This document shows, in pieces, positions 22,985 through 36,228 of a stretch of DNA of 64,000 nucleotides. Source of the DNA: Vicugna vicugna (lineage: Eukaryota); the NCBI GenBank assembly GCA_013265495.1, contig MU060947.1, forward strand, positions 310,001 through 374,000, read 5' to 3'. The position numbers and the translations under genes are program-made. The stretch's first letter is position 1. Every line of letters begins with the position of its first letter. The notes under the pieces are model-generated. The model was not told where the DNA came from, searched no databases, and saw only the letters and a program-made list of their open reading frames with translations.

Positions 22985-23230
22985 TACAAGTGGCAAGTTG
23001 TAACTTCTGAGCACACTCTCAAGAGGGTCTTCAACTTCCACTCTGGGCCCTGGGCCCCGAGTCTGTGATGAAAAATCATATGGAGGCTGAGGTCGCAGAC
23101 ATCTTACCCCATCCAGCCTCAGCCAAGCAGCCAACCTGAGAGCTCCCACGAAAACAGCAGAACCCCCACCCCGTCTGCCCACAGAACAACGAGAAATGGT
23201 CATTTTGGGGCCATTAAATAGATGGATAAC
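22985..23230 (+). mobile_element. MLT1H/J-like LTR remnant
   Basis: cagcagaacccc...gcccacagaacaacgagaaatgg...gatggataac. Confidence 0.4.
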
Positions 23231-23235
23231 GTCAA

Positions 23236-23330
23236 GAGTGACCCCTTTGTTCCAGCTTGCCTGGGACTTGCCCACATTTAGCTGCAAGTCCCATGTCCCA
23301 GGGAACCCCTCAGCCAGGTGGTTACCCCAT
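23236..23330. mobile_element. MER81-like hAT-Blackjack element
   Basis: agagtgacc...ttgcctgggacttgccc...gtcccagggaacccctcag...ggttacccca. Confidence 0.5.
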
Positions 23331-24731
23331 TTGTAGCACAGCCACAAACACCTCACACAGGAGTAAGAGTCTGCAACTCAGCGTTTGAGAGGATTAAGAG
23401 AAACATTGACGCTAAAGGAAAATAGAGCCCATACGATGACTTCTCTCTTATCTTCAATTTATAAAATAACTTTACAATAATGTATTTCATAATTATTTTA
23501 TCTTTAATGCAATAAAGATTTCCATAGCTAACTGAAATCTGATCTTTTATCTTTGTCTACAACTGAACTTCTCATACAGGGTCCTAATTGCTTTAAATAT
23601 ACCAGAGAGTGTTCCCTGCTGGAGAATGCGACATTTTAAGCTCAGCACAAAGGTAGCAGGCCCCTGGGAAATTATGAACCAAAAAGAGAAAGAAAACATT
23701 GGACTTAACTAAATTCAAACCGGCTGTGAGTTCTCAAAACAGTATCACTGTTGAATATGGAAAACACTTAATATTATGTCATTCTGGGTGGGTCTAGAAC
23801 AGGACCTTTTTTTGGACAATATTTTTCCCCAGGGGCATGTCTAGCGAAAACTAATCCAAGGAGATGATTTGCAGGTAAGGTCAAGGCCATGTACCCACAA
23901 AAAGGCAGAATCCCAGGGGGCTACTGGGTGTGAGAGTTGAAATCTTTAAAACTCTATTTTAGAGCTGTTCCTTAAGAAGAAAAATGGGAGGTAGGGGTGG
24001 GCGTAGAACTCTTGCAAAAATCTGAAATTCATTAAATGATGGTGTAATCTTTTCCTCATGTCATAATTATTTGACCTAAAAATGTATTTCAAATGACCAA
24101 GAAGGAACATGTCTCTCTGCCTCACTGAAATTGCCTGTTATTCACACAATTCAAACGACTTCCCCACCCCAGTGGCCAAAAGAACGTCACGCTGCCAAGC
24201 AAATAACCATCCTGTAACACCGCAAAAGAATTCTGACTCTGCAGAAAACACATGTGAAATCATTCAGCAGGCCGAACAACAGAAAATGTCAGCCTTGGAG
24301 AATTTAATCAAGAAGGTATTTCCTCCTGCAGACTTCCGACAGCCAGCATGCTGAAAATGGCCCCGACACATCTGTATTGCATGTGTCTTCCTCACACATG
24401 GGGACATTATCAAGAGAGTCAAGAAAAGCATTTCTGTTGCTCTGTGAACAAGCAACTGCCCGATCCTTGAACAAGATCAAACTAGGATTCAACCAGCGAA
24501 GTACCAACTGACACTGCTCCTTGGGGAGAACAAGCAAATTGTACACAAAGAATATAGATCTTAACTTCTTAAAGAACAGTGGGTAGGCAGGATTTCACAT
24601 CGTTTAACAGCCTTTACAAGCAACAGACTGCCCTCCGTCGCGTGGACTTGTATATTTGAGGAGACACGTGAACTGACAGATATATGGCTATCTGCATCTA
24701 CCCCCATTTTCTGCACATATAACCCTATCCA

Positions 24732-24763
24732 CATCCATCCATCCATCCATCCATCCATCCATC
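24732..24763. repeat. (CATC)8 microsatellite
   Basis: Direct reading. Confidence 0.95.
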
Positions 24764-25309
24764 TGGCATTCACTTCACCAAATACTGAAGAGTACAGTCC
24801 CTTCACTTTGAAACAACGCTAGATTATTTACCCCCAAATTAACAACTTCTTTATTCTGTTGGCCATCAGAGAGCCACTGCAATCAGGGAAAGTGCTCAAC
24901 ATCATAGAGCAGTGGGTTTAAATACTCATGATTTTCCAAATCAAAAATTAACATCAGGAGGCAAGTTTTAGATGTATCGGGGCAGATTTTTCTAGCCATT
25001 TTCTAGGCATTTGTTGGTATTTCTGGAATTTTAATATTCATTCATTCTCTAAAATTAAGTACCTCATAGTTTGCCAGTATAAACATGTATACGATGCTAT
25101 GACAACAACAAACACAAATCAAAAATCTGTTTTTCAAAGGATGAAGCCTCAACAAACACTAAATGAAATACAAGTATGGTGACACTTATGCATTCAAGAG
25201 AATAATGAAAGGGGAGTGGGACATATGTCAAAGATGTATCCTTAGCTGTGAAAGTTCATATACATAGCCACAAATACCTCCAATGTGATAAAATATCAAA
25301 AAGCTTCAT

Positions 25310-25965
25310 TCCTTTCCCCTAGCCACCACCCTCTCTCATCTGAATGGGGATCTAGGCTTCTCATCTGTGTCCCTTTTACTCACAGTCTATTCTTCACATA
25401 GAAGTAAGAGTCAGCTTAAATAAAAAGGATCGTTAGTTCTATCAGTTCCTGTGCTCAGCGCTCAGCAGCTTTGGATTTTTATCTTAAGAGCAATGCAAAC
25501 TTCTTCCTTTTGACAAGGCATTAGGCGACCTGGCCCTTGTCTACCCTCTTAGCTTGTTTGCTTATCGCTCTGCCCCTTGGTCAGTGTGTGCCAGGTGCAC
25601 AGGTCTGCTTCTTGAGAACACCTGCGAGCATCCTGCTTTTGGGTTTTTAGTGTCCCTCTTCCCATTGGCTGGGATGCCCTTTTCCTGGCACTCAATATGG
25701 CTGTCTCCTCTCATCTTTCAAGTCTCACTGTGCCAGAGAGGTTTCCCTGACCACCTTCATTTACCTCCTCCCTGCTCCCCTTACTCCCTATCACCTCCTT
25801 CTGGAGCACACCTCCATGGCTCTTATCGAAGTCCGAAATTATTATTTATTAGTTTACTTGTTCATTATCTGTCTTGAATGCTAAATGGTAAGTATCTTGG
25901 AAACATGACCTCGTCTTGTCATTTACTTCTGGATCCCCTGTGCCTAGAATGCTGCCTGGTTTGGT
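25310..25965 (+). mobile_element. LINE L2 3' portion
   Basis: Pyrimidine-rich L2 body, gagaggtttccctgaccacc, ending gatcccctgtgcctagaatgctgcctgg. Confidence 0.7.
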
Positions 25966-25974
25966 TTCAGGAAG

Positions 25975-26185
25975 ATTTCTCTGTCTGATGCCTAGAGAAT
26001 TGGATGGAGGAGGGCAAGACTGGAGTGGGGAGAACATTTAGAAGGCTGTAGTAATCTAGCAGAACGATGATGGTGGCTGCAACCAAAGCGAGGGTAGTGG
26101 GGATAGAGAAACGGGGATGTGTGGGAGAGACCTTTAGGAGGTAGAATTAGCCAGACTTGACAATTGGTTGGATAGGGTATATCTT
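25975..26185 (-). mobile_element. LINE L2 fragment, opposite orientation
   Basis: ggcaagactggagtgggg...tttagaaggctgtagtaatc...gatgatggtggc...aggaggtagaatt. Confidence 0.6.
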
Positions 26186-26349
26186 AGGGTTGGAACTCAG
26201 GTTTCCCCCTTTACAGTGAATTTCCCAAACAGGTTCCTTCCTCCATAACTTTATATGACTAGTAACTTAAGTTTTTCATAAAATCAACCTGCTACTGACC
26301 ACAGCTGATTGGTACAGGGAGAGATGTATGGCACGTGGTACCCATATGT

Positions 26350-26490
26350 AGGTCGTAAGTCGGATGGCAAGATGTTTCCGTTTTCCCAGGGAGATCTGTC
26401 CTGGGCTGTTGTTGCAGTGCGTTATTACTATTGCCCGCTTTCCATCTCACAGGTGCCCAGGTTTGAATGGTAACTTATATGGTCAAACTA
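26350..26490. mobile_element. MER94-like hAT-Blackjack element
   Basis: End gtgcccaggtttgaatggtaacttatatggtcaaacta. Confidence 0.45.
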
Positions 26491-29400
26491 GACACTTAAG
26501 GAAGGTAGTTGCCCCTACAATTATCTGATATTAACTCTGCCCAAAAGGGGTGCTCAGTGTTGAATGGTGCCCATACCAGTAGGACCCAGCTTTTAGGATC
26601 ACAAATACTATTTGAACAAAAAGAGACTGGGCAACGCTCCATGTGAGGTGGTGCCTCCGTCTGGGAGGGCAGCTACCTATTTCAGAGCTGGATGTCACTG
26701 TGAGTGACAGTAAGGCTGAGACTCCTCCCTCCTTAATTCCAAGCACTCCTGCAGGCTACGTCCACCACTGAGCATTATTTGAGCTAAATCTCTTTCACAC
26801 CATTAATGAGCTTAAGTGACAAAGTTACTAGCTTAAGGCAACAGGAGGGTCAAATGGGTGGTGCCTGTGTTCTGTAAGGATTTGTCTATCATGGGTAGGA
26901 AGTTGCACCAGGAGAAGGATAAAGGCTTCTCAACCTGTCCTGGAGGGTCCTGGAAGCCAGCAAGACAAAAGACAGGACCTCATACTATGCCCAAGAGCTC
27001 AGAGCTGGAAACTGCAAAATGAGACGTAAGCTCTCCAGATGATGGTGAGCAGGAATGGAGATCCACAGCCAAAACATGTCTTAAACACATCCACAGAACC
27101 CAGGCTTAGAAAATAATGATGTTGTAAGTCATCGTTTTAAGGCCTCGGGGCTCAATAATGTCTTAGAAATCAGCATCGATACCCACGTTTCTCAGCTGGT
27201 GGTCTGAACTTTTCACGGGCTGTTGGTCTATAAATCGCAAAAGTTACTGTACCTTCCCTCTACCCCATCTTTTCTGGTTGAGAAAAAAATACTAGTTATG
27301 GCTCTACCCGGCATTTGTTTTGTTTTGCTTTGTCTTTAACACAAAAGACCTGGTGATAACTGTGATTTGATGGATGTTCAAGAAAGCAGTCTAAGGTTTC
27401 AAATCAATGACACACAGGTCTCAGTAACTGAGAAGACGCTGTCTACACTCCAGCTCGTGGAGTTCCAGTCATGCACTCAGCCTCCTATAAAATATTACTG
27501 AGGCTCCCCTTTCTCTGTCTGTTGGCTATCTGGCCACCACCCAGAGAGAGAAACCCAAGTTGGGATGGAAGGTAAGTCTTAGATCAACTGAGAGAAAGTG
27601 TAGAAGCTTTGTCAGAGCAACTCCCTGAACAAAGGAATTCCTTGACCATAACTTGATTCACCAGGAGGCAGAAAACCTAAATGATAAGCAGCAACTTAGA
27701 AAATCACCAGCTCTACAACGCAACGATACAGCGCCAGAAACGGAGAGAAGTGTTTACATAAATAAGTTCCAAGCACTGGAGACTTACACAAATTTTTATC
27801 CTCCAAAAACCTAAATGTACTATGTATACATAGAAGAATGCAAAAGAAAAACAAAAGGACACAAGGCTACAATAAATTCAAACGGCCCCCAGATATTTGA
27901 ATCTAATAAAAATATCATTATTGGCAAAGTTTACCGAAGTGTCATCGGGAAAAGCAGTGCTGACATTTTCTGTTTTCTCTCCGTTTTTTTTTTTCCTCTT
28001 AAATTAAAACTCACAGCAAAACAAAGCCTCTGGCTGGACTACGCGGAGCACTATTCATTTTCCCCGCGACCTGATTAGTCAGAATATCTTTCGAACGATT
28101 AGTCTTCAATTTGCACCACTGCCAGGGAGGCAGGCCTCCAAATTAATGGCTGCGTTGATTGTTTATGCCTCCAAGAGGCACATTAAAAAATTTCAGCCAT
28201 GATGAAAGAATTGCTGCTCTTCAGAAAGGATTTTATTTAATGGATTTTTGTTTTTAAATTCAAGGTTTGGAAACTTGCCAAAACTTGTTTAAAATTCCAC
28301 TGACAAGTTTGTCTGCCTAGAGAATTTGAGTGGTGAGGGCTCTGTCATTTCTTAGTGTAAAAAGCTTACACCTTGAATTCTGGGACCTTTGGACCCGCCC
28401 GTGGGGATCCTGATAGAACTGCAATTCTGGCTCAAATGCAGTGCCCATTTGCTACCCTGGTTTCCCCTTAATAATGCATACTGTCCCTCATCATTCCCCC
28501 AAGAGCCCCTCCTGGGTGGTTTCTCCTCTCTGCCTCTGCTTTTGGAAGCAACATGGAGGAAAAAAAAAAGAAAAGAAAGGAAAGGTTTTGACAAACATTG
28601 GTGTGTTTGGTTGGCACAGAAGGGATGGGAATTTGCACAGAGCTTTTGTTAGGTTAAGTTTTCCTTAGCTCCCTGCCAAGGCAGTTTTATTGCTGTGCCT
28701 CAAATGGAGGATGGTAACAACAGATGACATGACTATTCCTTCCATCCGCTGTTTGCTCTAAAGAACTGCAACGCATATTTGCAACAGGGGGACGACTCCC
28801 TCGGAAACAAGCTCACTTGTATTACCGATGTCTCCCATTTTGAAACTGGCCAATATAATGATGTAGTCTTATGGCTTATTCATGACAGCAGCATGCACAA
28901 AAATCACAGCTCACTGAGGACGAATGAACAATGTTTGAGGGTGAGAAGCAGAGTCACTTCAGTTCTTACTGAGATTTAATGTCCGGTTTATGCCATGACA
29001 AGTTCATTAGATACTAAAGTAGTTCCCATTATTGAGAGTGGTACCGATTGCTCATTTTTCTCAGTGCCATACTACCTCCTAAACTTTTATGTGTGTCTTA
29101 GCCAAGCAGCCATACTCCCTCTGAAATGCCCACACGCTTCTTGGTAAACACTTTCATCTGGTTTGGCACATAAGGGAGGTGTCAGCCTTAAATGATACCT
29201 CACTGGAATGAGGTCCAGTGATGGAAAAAGAGATGGTCAAAACCAAGAGCCTGTGAAGGCAGAGGTCAAACTGAGACTTGGTACCCGGCACTTAGGAAAC
29301 TACATCCACATCTGATATTATTCCTGGGCTCAGACCTACTGTCGGGAGGCCAATGCAGTCAAGACTGGTTCTCAACTTTGCAGCTGTATGAAACAACTGC

Positions 29401-32320
29401 CTTGCAGAGTAACAGGGCCCCAGAGTCACTGCCTACAAAACTGACAAGCATAAGACTGACCATATGCTCCATAGCACAACTTATTCATAGCTGAGTGGTA
29501 GAATTTCTAGAACCATTGCTTTGACCACGTAGTATTAATGCCCACAGGGATCTGATAACTTCCTTCCAAACACAACAGAAAATTTTAACCCTTGTCATCC
29601 GAGTCCCATGCCAACGACACCAATATGACTGACCTGTCGTCTGCTAGGTTCTATCTACGGTCATCTCCCACTCTTGATTCACTTATTTAGCTTTGAGGTG
29701 TGCCATTACTCAATGCCTGGAGTGGCTTTCTTCTTCTTACTTGTATTGTATTGCTCAAGTCTTTTTAAAATTTTAAGAACAAGCTCTTGCATGAAGCCTT
29801 CCTGGAATCACTGGTTCCACTTCTCAGGCCAGAAATAATAACCCGTGTTTCACTTTCTTGGGCAATGCACTCTCAAAAATTCTGATTATATTTCCTAGTA
29901 GGATGCATCTCTTGTTACACTTAAAGCTCTTGAAAACTGTCCTTCATAGATACTTAAGGTGCCCAGTAGTTTATTAAACTGGGTTGGGTGGTAAATGTAG
30001 TGGGCTGTGTGAGCAGTTTGCTCTGGTAGAAAGAGTATTTTATTACAGGCATTGTTTAGAATTACTGGTGCAAAGGCATAATGATAAGCAGACCAATTTT
30101 TAGTTTGTTTTATTGTTGCTTTAAAATTCTCTACAAAGAACCCTCTTGTTCTGTCTCTTTTGGCAGACAGCTCCCACCTGACTCTTGTATATTACTGTTG
30201 AAAGCAATTCCAAAATGACCACCTTCTATTCAAACACAAAGCAATTCTGTAAGATCCTCCTTACTGAAGCACATATTTTACCCAAGAGTCAAAGATTTCA
30301 AAGACTAAAGGAAGAAGAGGCAAACACTGTGTACATAAGCAATTAGTTATTGTTATGTAGACCTAAGATTGCAAAAGACACACATCAACATTTATGTTCT
30401 AGCTTATTCCTTCTGTGTTAATACAGATGAAATGAAAATGTAAGATCTCACACTCCCCCTTAATTTGATAGTTTTGTCTCCACTGTACCCAGCTGAATTT
30501 CTCTTAGGGTCTCCCCCCATTTAAGTAAAACTACTAATACTTAACGAGAAATGGCCAAACCAAGTGTGTATATATATTTTTTCTTGTCTTTCTCTGGCAA
30601 CTTTCCTGAGACTCAAGGTTCTCCTTATACAAGGTCATGTCCAAGAGTTTACCTTCTTGTCACTGAAAACACTTTCAATAACTCTTCCAATTACTTTCTT
30701 TCCTCGTATACTAGTTAGGGAAGTGTAAAGAACATGATGGTGTGTGTAGAGATAGACACATGGGAGGGTTTTGGGGCCAGGCCTGGAACGATGCACTGCA
30801 TTGTTGTGCACACTCTGTACCACTCACTGGAAGAGCTCAGCCACGTGTCCCACGCAGCAGCAATGGAGGCTGAAAATGTCTGACCAGGAAGAAGAGGAAA
30901 TGGATGTTGGTGACTCATCAGTGTCTATACCATACTGCCAGATGGTTAGAGCCATGGAGGCAAGGCATGCTCAGTCCCATCGCTGCCAAAAAACCTTGTG
31001 CTCAGTACTCATACATGATAGAGGTTTAGTAAACATTTAGCCCACAGGATGGGGGGTAAGTGTTTTATGAACAATAAGGAAAGAACTGGGCTTAGAGTAA
31101 AACTCAAAGACTTTAACCAATCTATTAGAGTTAAGACTTAATCTGCTAAAATCCATGGAGAGACTCAGCAGATCCCATGAATGCTGATGAAGTTTTATCT
31201 TTTGGTTGAGAATTTTAATAATCAAGGACAATTGATAGCCATTCACTTAAAAATTGTTCATTTTTGTCAACTTTCTAAGTAATCAGTTTATACACATATA
31301 TATTTGATTACATAAGCTACTTGCATGTGTAAATGTACAGAAAAAAATTTGGTTTCAAACGGTTTTCAGAGACCAAAGAGAGAACATGCAAACATTGACA
31401 ATGAACAAACAGAGCCTAAATTCAGTATCTTTGTACAAGGGACTGTGGAATAAATGGCAGAAAATTTCCTCTGTTTTGAGATTCCCACGAAGGCCTTTAC
31501 TGTCGCATATCACCCAGAAAACCTAGCAACCAGTTTATAAACATTCACAAATCAATCTCTGTTAGGTAGTGGCCCACGTTTTGTTCCAATTCTAAGCATT
31601 CCTACTTGGTCAAATAGCAACAGTGATATGGAATCTCTGGAGGTGTGGTTAATTCAGGTACAATATGAGAACAGCCATGACTAATGAGCTACATTCTTAA
31701 GATCATAAGAGAACTGTAGATTAATAAGCAAAAAAGTAATTATCCTAAAATCATAAGCATTAGCAAACAAGACGGACTGCTCCAGCACACCAAAGAAACT
31801 CATGAAATCATTCTCCCTTTTATGCTCCAAGACAAAGAGATCTCACACATACACACACATATGCACAAATTAAGTGGCAGGTCCCTTTTATTTAAGAATG
31901 AGCTATTTTTTTTCCCCTGATGATAACTGATGTCATTCTATGAACGTTATATAGGTAAGTCATGCTGCATCAAGTCACTGCTTAAACAGGATGTTTCTGA
32001 ACCATTTAACCCGTTACTACAGAATAAATCGTATGATCAACAGGCTCCAAAAACGAAGAAAGAGAAAATAAATGGTCCTCCACTTACCAAAAGAACATGC
32101 CTGGATTCTATTCAGTGACAGTTTTAGTCGATTGCAACCTCACCTTGATTTTGGCATCTGATTGTTGGTTCCTAGTGGTTGGCTGTGGGGCCCACCATAC
32201 TTGGAAGTACACTCATTTCACACTTACCAGCATGGGGAACGTAACATAAGAACGTCAGGACTAAAGCCTGCTCAGACCCATTCCCTAGCCAGGGACTCCA
32301 ATTAACAGTAAACTTTAAAT

Positions 32321-32506
32321 CGGAGACTCTCAAGCTTTAGGAGTCATCAGAGCCACCTCGATGGTTTACTAAAACTCAGGCTGCTGACCTCCAGTCTGAG
32401 TTTCTGATCTCGTGGATCTGGGGTAGCATCTAGAAGTTTGGGTTTCTAACGAATTTCAGGTGATGCTGGTACTGTTGGCCCAGTAGCTACACTCTGAGAA
32501 CAAATG
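32321..32506 (+). mobile_element. MER5A DNA transposon
   Basis: ctctcaagcttt...catcagagccacc...gtttctgatctcgtggatctggggtagcatctagaagtttg...caggtgatgctg...ctctgagaacaaatg. Confidence 0.75.
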
Positions 32507-32614
32507 CATTAAACTGATAAACATCTAACTGAAGTTTCCTCATCCGCCTGGGCATACAGACTAGACTTTGGCCTTAAAGAGCTAAAGATGTCAGCCAAAC
32601 CATTGCACTTTCAT

Positions 32615-32880
32615 GTTAGTATTTGTCATACCTACATTGAAAATCTTTACTAATATTTTGTGTAAAACAAAAATTTTGATAAAATACTGATATTAACAAT
32701 AATTTATAAGAATTCACAATATAAAATTTAAGAACAAGTGAAACTGAATATTTAATAGTCTTTAAATACAAATATTTATGAACGGGAAAAATAATTAAAA
32801 AAATAGTAAAAGAAATTAGTAAAAACAATAAATGTAGTCAGTAAAATCAATTATACAAATATGAACAGTAAACATAAGCC
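32615..32880 (+). mobile_element. Degenerate L1ME-like 3' fragment
   Basis: A-rich; reverse complement resembles ...aaattttatattgtgaattc...tattttatcaaaatttttgttttacacaaaatattag of old L1 3' ends. Confidence 0.4.
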
Positions 32881-34369
32881 AGTCTATATTTTTCCTTTTT
32901 TTTTTTTGCTGGAAAATAAAATAAAACTAGAGATACACTTATTTAAAATCTTAACCTTTTTTTTCTCCCATTAAAAAAAAAAGTGACCACTCCTTCCCAT
33001 ATTCATACACTGGAAGTTTCTTGGAAATTCATCAGAATTATATACTGCTGCTTCTTTAGAATCTTTTTTTCAGCCTTGTTACCTTCAGGAAAATATCAGT
33101 TCCTCTTTGGCCGGTGTCCTCAGCGAGACCTTAGGAAGCTCAGCAATTTGCTACTTATTCTCAGTTGAAGTCACAGGACTGAAATCATCAACTTCTGTTG
33201 GGTCGCCCCAATCTCCTCCTGATTCTGGCCAGTTCCGGGAGACAATGGACATGCTGATCCCCAGTGGCCCTCAAAGCCTAAAAGCTGTGACTCTGTGCTG
33301 GAAGGCCTGCTAGAGATAGTCTATCCTGGGACACATTCAGCCAAGGATGTTGCTTCACTGGTACACGGCTTCTGCAAGACCCACATCGGGGAGCCCTCGG
33401 GAGAAGCGCGCTCCCGCAGCGCGCACGCCCTCCCGACTCGGGGCTGCCTGCTCGTTTCCATCACCTGTGTGGTCCCACTTGATTGCTGACATTTGCAGCA
33501 CCTGAAAAACCCTCTCACTGAACGAAAGGGAAAACCGTGACTTGGATAGATTAAACAACTTCCCTAGATGCAAACTGGCGGCTTGTGCCACTGGCTCCAG
33601 ATGATAACTCAGGGCTCAAGGTCCCTTCCTTCCGCTTTGCTGCTCCCAGTTTCTGTGGCGCCAACATAGAACTTAGACAAGAACTTGACCAGCATTGTTA
33701 CTGATCCTGCTGAGTTGTCCTTAAGGACACAAACGTCACAGCCATGGCAGCCTGTCAGGTGTGCTGTGTCTTCCTGATCAACATGGTACCTTCCTCTGAA
33801 CATTCTGAATCATGTTGACTCCACTTCCCATGTTTAGGTTTGTGGAGGGGGAAAATATGCAAACCAGTCCACTGTGAAGGATTAACTTGAGCACTGGCCT
33901 TGGAGCCAGCCACAGAGATGCTATAGGTTTTTGCAAAGGCATTCTTTAAAATCAAAACAAAGCAAAAGAGAATTTGGATTTAAAATGTTTGTGCCATAGT
34001 CTTGGGTTTGAAAACATAATAAAGTCAGGGGAGACAAGGTTTCTCCTTGGCCTTTCTTAACTTTGGCTGCTTGAGCTATTCTCCAGATTCTTTTTGTCTT
34101 TTGCAGGGAGAGCATTCACCTGCTCCAATTTGACCATCTTGCTCTAACTTGCCAAGCAAGGGCCAGAAGCAGGGGAACCAAAAGTGATGATTCTCAAAAT
34201 TAAACATATGGAACAGTCACCTGGGGAACTTGTGGATGCTGTAGCATCTTTGACTCTGGCTGCAAAGATTTCTGGGGAGCCTGAAATCTGCATAGTTGGC
34301 CAGCCCCCACAGGTGTTTTTGATGCCCGGGGTACCTGAGCACACTTGCTGAAACCCTTCCGCTTTAGAG

Positions 34370-34516
34370 CAGTGCTTCTCACACTGTACTGTATCCACAG
34401 ATCTCTGTTAAAATGCACAGTCCACTTAAGGAAGTCTGGGGAAGAGCAGGAGATTCTGTATTTCTCGCAAGCTCTTGGGAGGTGCTGGTCCAGGAACTGC
34501 TCTTTGAGTAGCAAGG
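34370..34516 (+). mobile_element. MER5A1/B-like DNA transposon
   Basis: cagtgcttctcacact...gagattctgtatttctcgcaagctc...ctttgagtagcaagg flanked by ctttagag / gtctaggg. Confidence 0.7.
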
Positions 34517-34544
34517 GTCTAGGGCTCAATCAGTTTTATTGGCT

Positions 34545-34745
34545 GGATTCAAAGTTCAGCTCTGCCCTTTACTGGCTGTGAGTCTGGAGAAGTTATTTAA
34601 CCTCTCTGTTGCCTCAGTTCTGTCATCCCCCAACGGGACACACTATTAGCGCTTACTCCTATGATGGTAGTGAGATTTCAATGACATAATAAATGTAAAG
34701 CTCCTAGCATATAGGGACGCCTAACACGTGTTAGCTATTATCATC
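34545..34745 (+). mobile_element. MIR SINE
   Basis: agttatttaacctctctgttgcctcagttc...aaatgtaaagctcctagc...gttagctattatcatc. Confidence 0.7.
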
Positions 34746-35444
34746 ACTTTTGGACATTGTGCTTTGACTTTTGTGTTTGGTATATGCATTCATCAGTAAG
34801 GGGACTTACAAAATTCCAGCCTGGTGGCTTGGTGGGTTGGGCTTGCCTGGGTCACTTGAATTCAAAGCCCCTCTCTTCTTCTCTTCCCCACAAAAAGCAA
34901 ATCTTGAATGTGCCCCCAATGGCTTTTCCCTCCTCTGAATTCAGAGGTCCCAGGAAAAGAGCTAATTAACTGGTAATTTTGGTTGAAATAGGAGATAAAG
35001 ACATTGTACCAAGTTTTTGAACTGTGCCCAGACTAACAGATTAGAAACTTCTTAAAGTGGTACCACATCTTCCTGGAAAAACAAAACTTCAGAATTTTCC
35101 TCTTAAAACGTCTTCTGCAATCACAAGCTCCTACTAATTCCGTTCTCTTCTGCCACCACCAGGAATCTCGCCCCTCAGAAATCAGTAAAATTGCCTCAAT
35201 TCTGGGTTGGCCAGCCAAGAGAAATCCAGGCAGCAGTTCATCAGCCACTAGCAGCAAGGGAGGGGGACAGGGGAGCCAGACTTGTGAGGCTGCATGTCTT
35301 GGTTCTACTTACGGGTGTGACAGTAAGACAATGTGTCCGCCTCCCTCAGCCTCGGTCTGTAGGAGAGGGGCTGTGGGAGTTAAACCGCAGCCAAGCTCTT
35401 ATCTCTTCACTTTAATTGATGATTCTTGCACCTCAGTCTGCTGA

Positions 35445-35703
35445 AGCATCTTCTGGGAAATGTTTTTAAACTTGTAGACACCCAGACCATACCTCATAAG
35501 ATACAGATTCTGTCGGTCTGAAATGAGCACCAGATTTCTGCAGGTTTAAACTGACATACTGGGTAATTTTCTTTGTTTTAATTGGAGGCACTGGGGATTG
35601 AATCCAGGACCTCGTGCATGCTAGGTATGCGCTCTACCACTGAGCTATACCCCCGGCCCCAAACCCCAAATTCTGAAGCAAGTGGTCCATTCTCTGAAAA
35701 ACA
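35445..35703 (+). mobile_element. MER5-like element interrupted by a Vic-1 SINE
   Basis: catcttctgggaaatgttttt...cagattctgtcggtctg...ctgggtaatttt, then the SINE, then attctgaagcaagtggtcc...ctgaaaaaca. Confidence 0.5.
35570..35660 (-). mobile_element. Vic-1-type SINE (short-tailed)
   Basis: ggaggcactggggattgaatccaggacctcgtgcatgctaggtatgcgctctaccactgagctataccccc. Confidence 0.85.
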
Positions 35704-36044
35704 AAGCTTTTTAAGAACAAGGAAGGATACTCAGATACGGTGCTACTTGAACAAAAACAGCTGCCTAAACCTAGGTTAGTGGGACGTGATCTGTTTTGGA
35801 TGACCCCATAGAAGCTGCCCTTTGCTGAGTGAGCCAGGACCATGTCCTAACGACTCTTATTTATTTTCCTTTATGCCACCCTATTATTACCACTCTTATC
35901 CTCACAGGGCAGAACAGAGTCACGGCTCAGAGAGTTTAAAAACCTTGCCCAAAGTTTTACCATGAGTTACTTAGTGCCCAAGGGAGCCCCCGACCCATGT
36001 GTGTAGGCCCCGGAGTCAGAATCTTTTCTACATGTGCCCTAGAG

Positions 36045-36228
36045 CAGAGCTTCTCAAACTTCAGCTGACATTAGAATCCCCTGGAGGGCCTGTGGAAACA
36101 GACTGCCAGGCCCTACCCTCAGAATTTCGGATTCAGTGCCTCTGGGCTGGGACCTGAGAATCTGCATTCCCAACAAGTGCCCTCTCGCTGCCGCCGCTGC
36201 CGCTGCTGTTGGACTTTGAGAACCACAG
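36045..36228 (+). mobile_element. MER5A DNA transposon
   Basis: cagagcttctcaaactt...gaatcccctggagggc...gagaatctgcattcccaacaag...ctttgagaaccacag; 8-bp TSD ccctagag / cagtagag. Confidence 0.8.
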
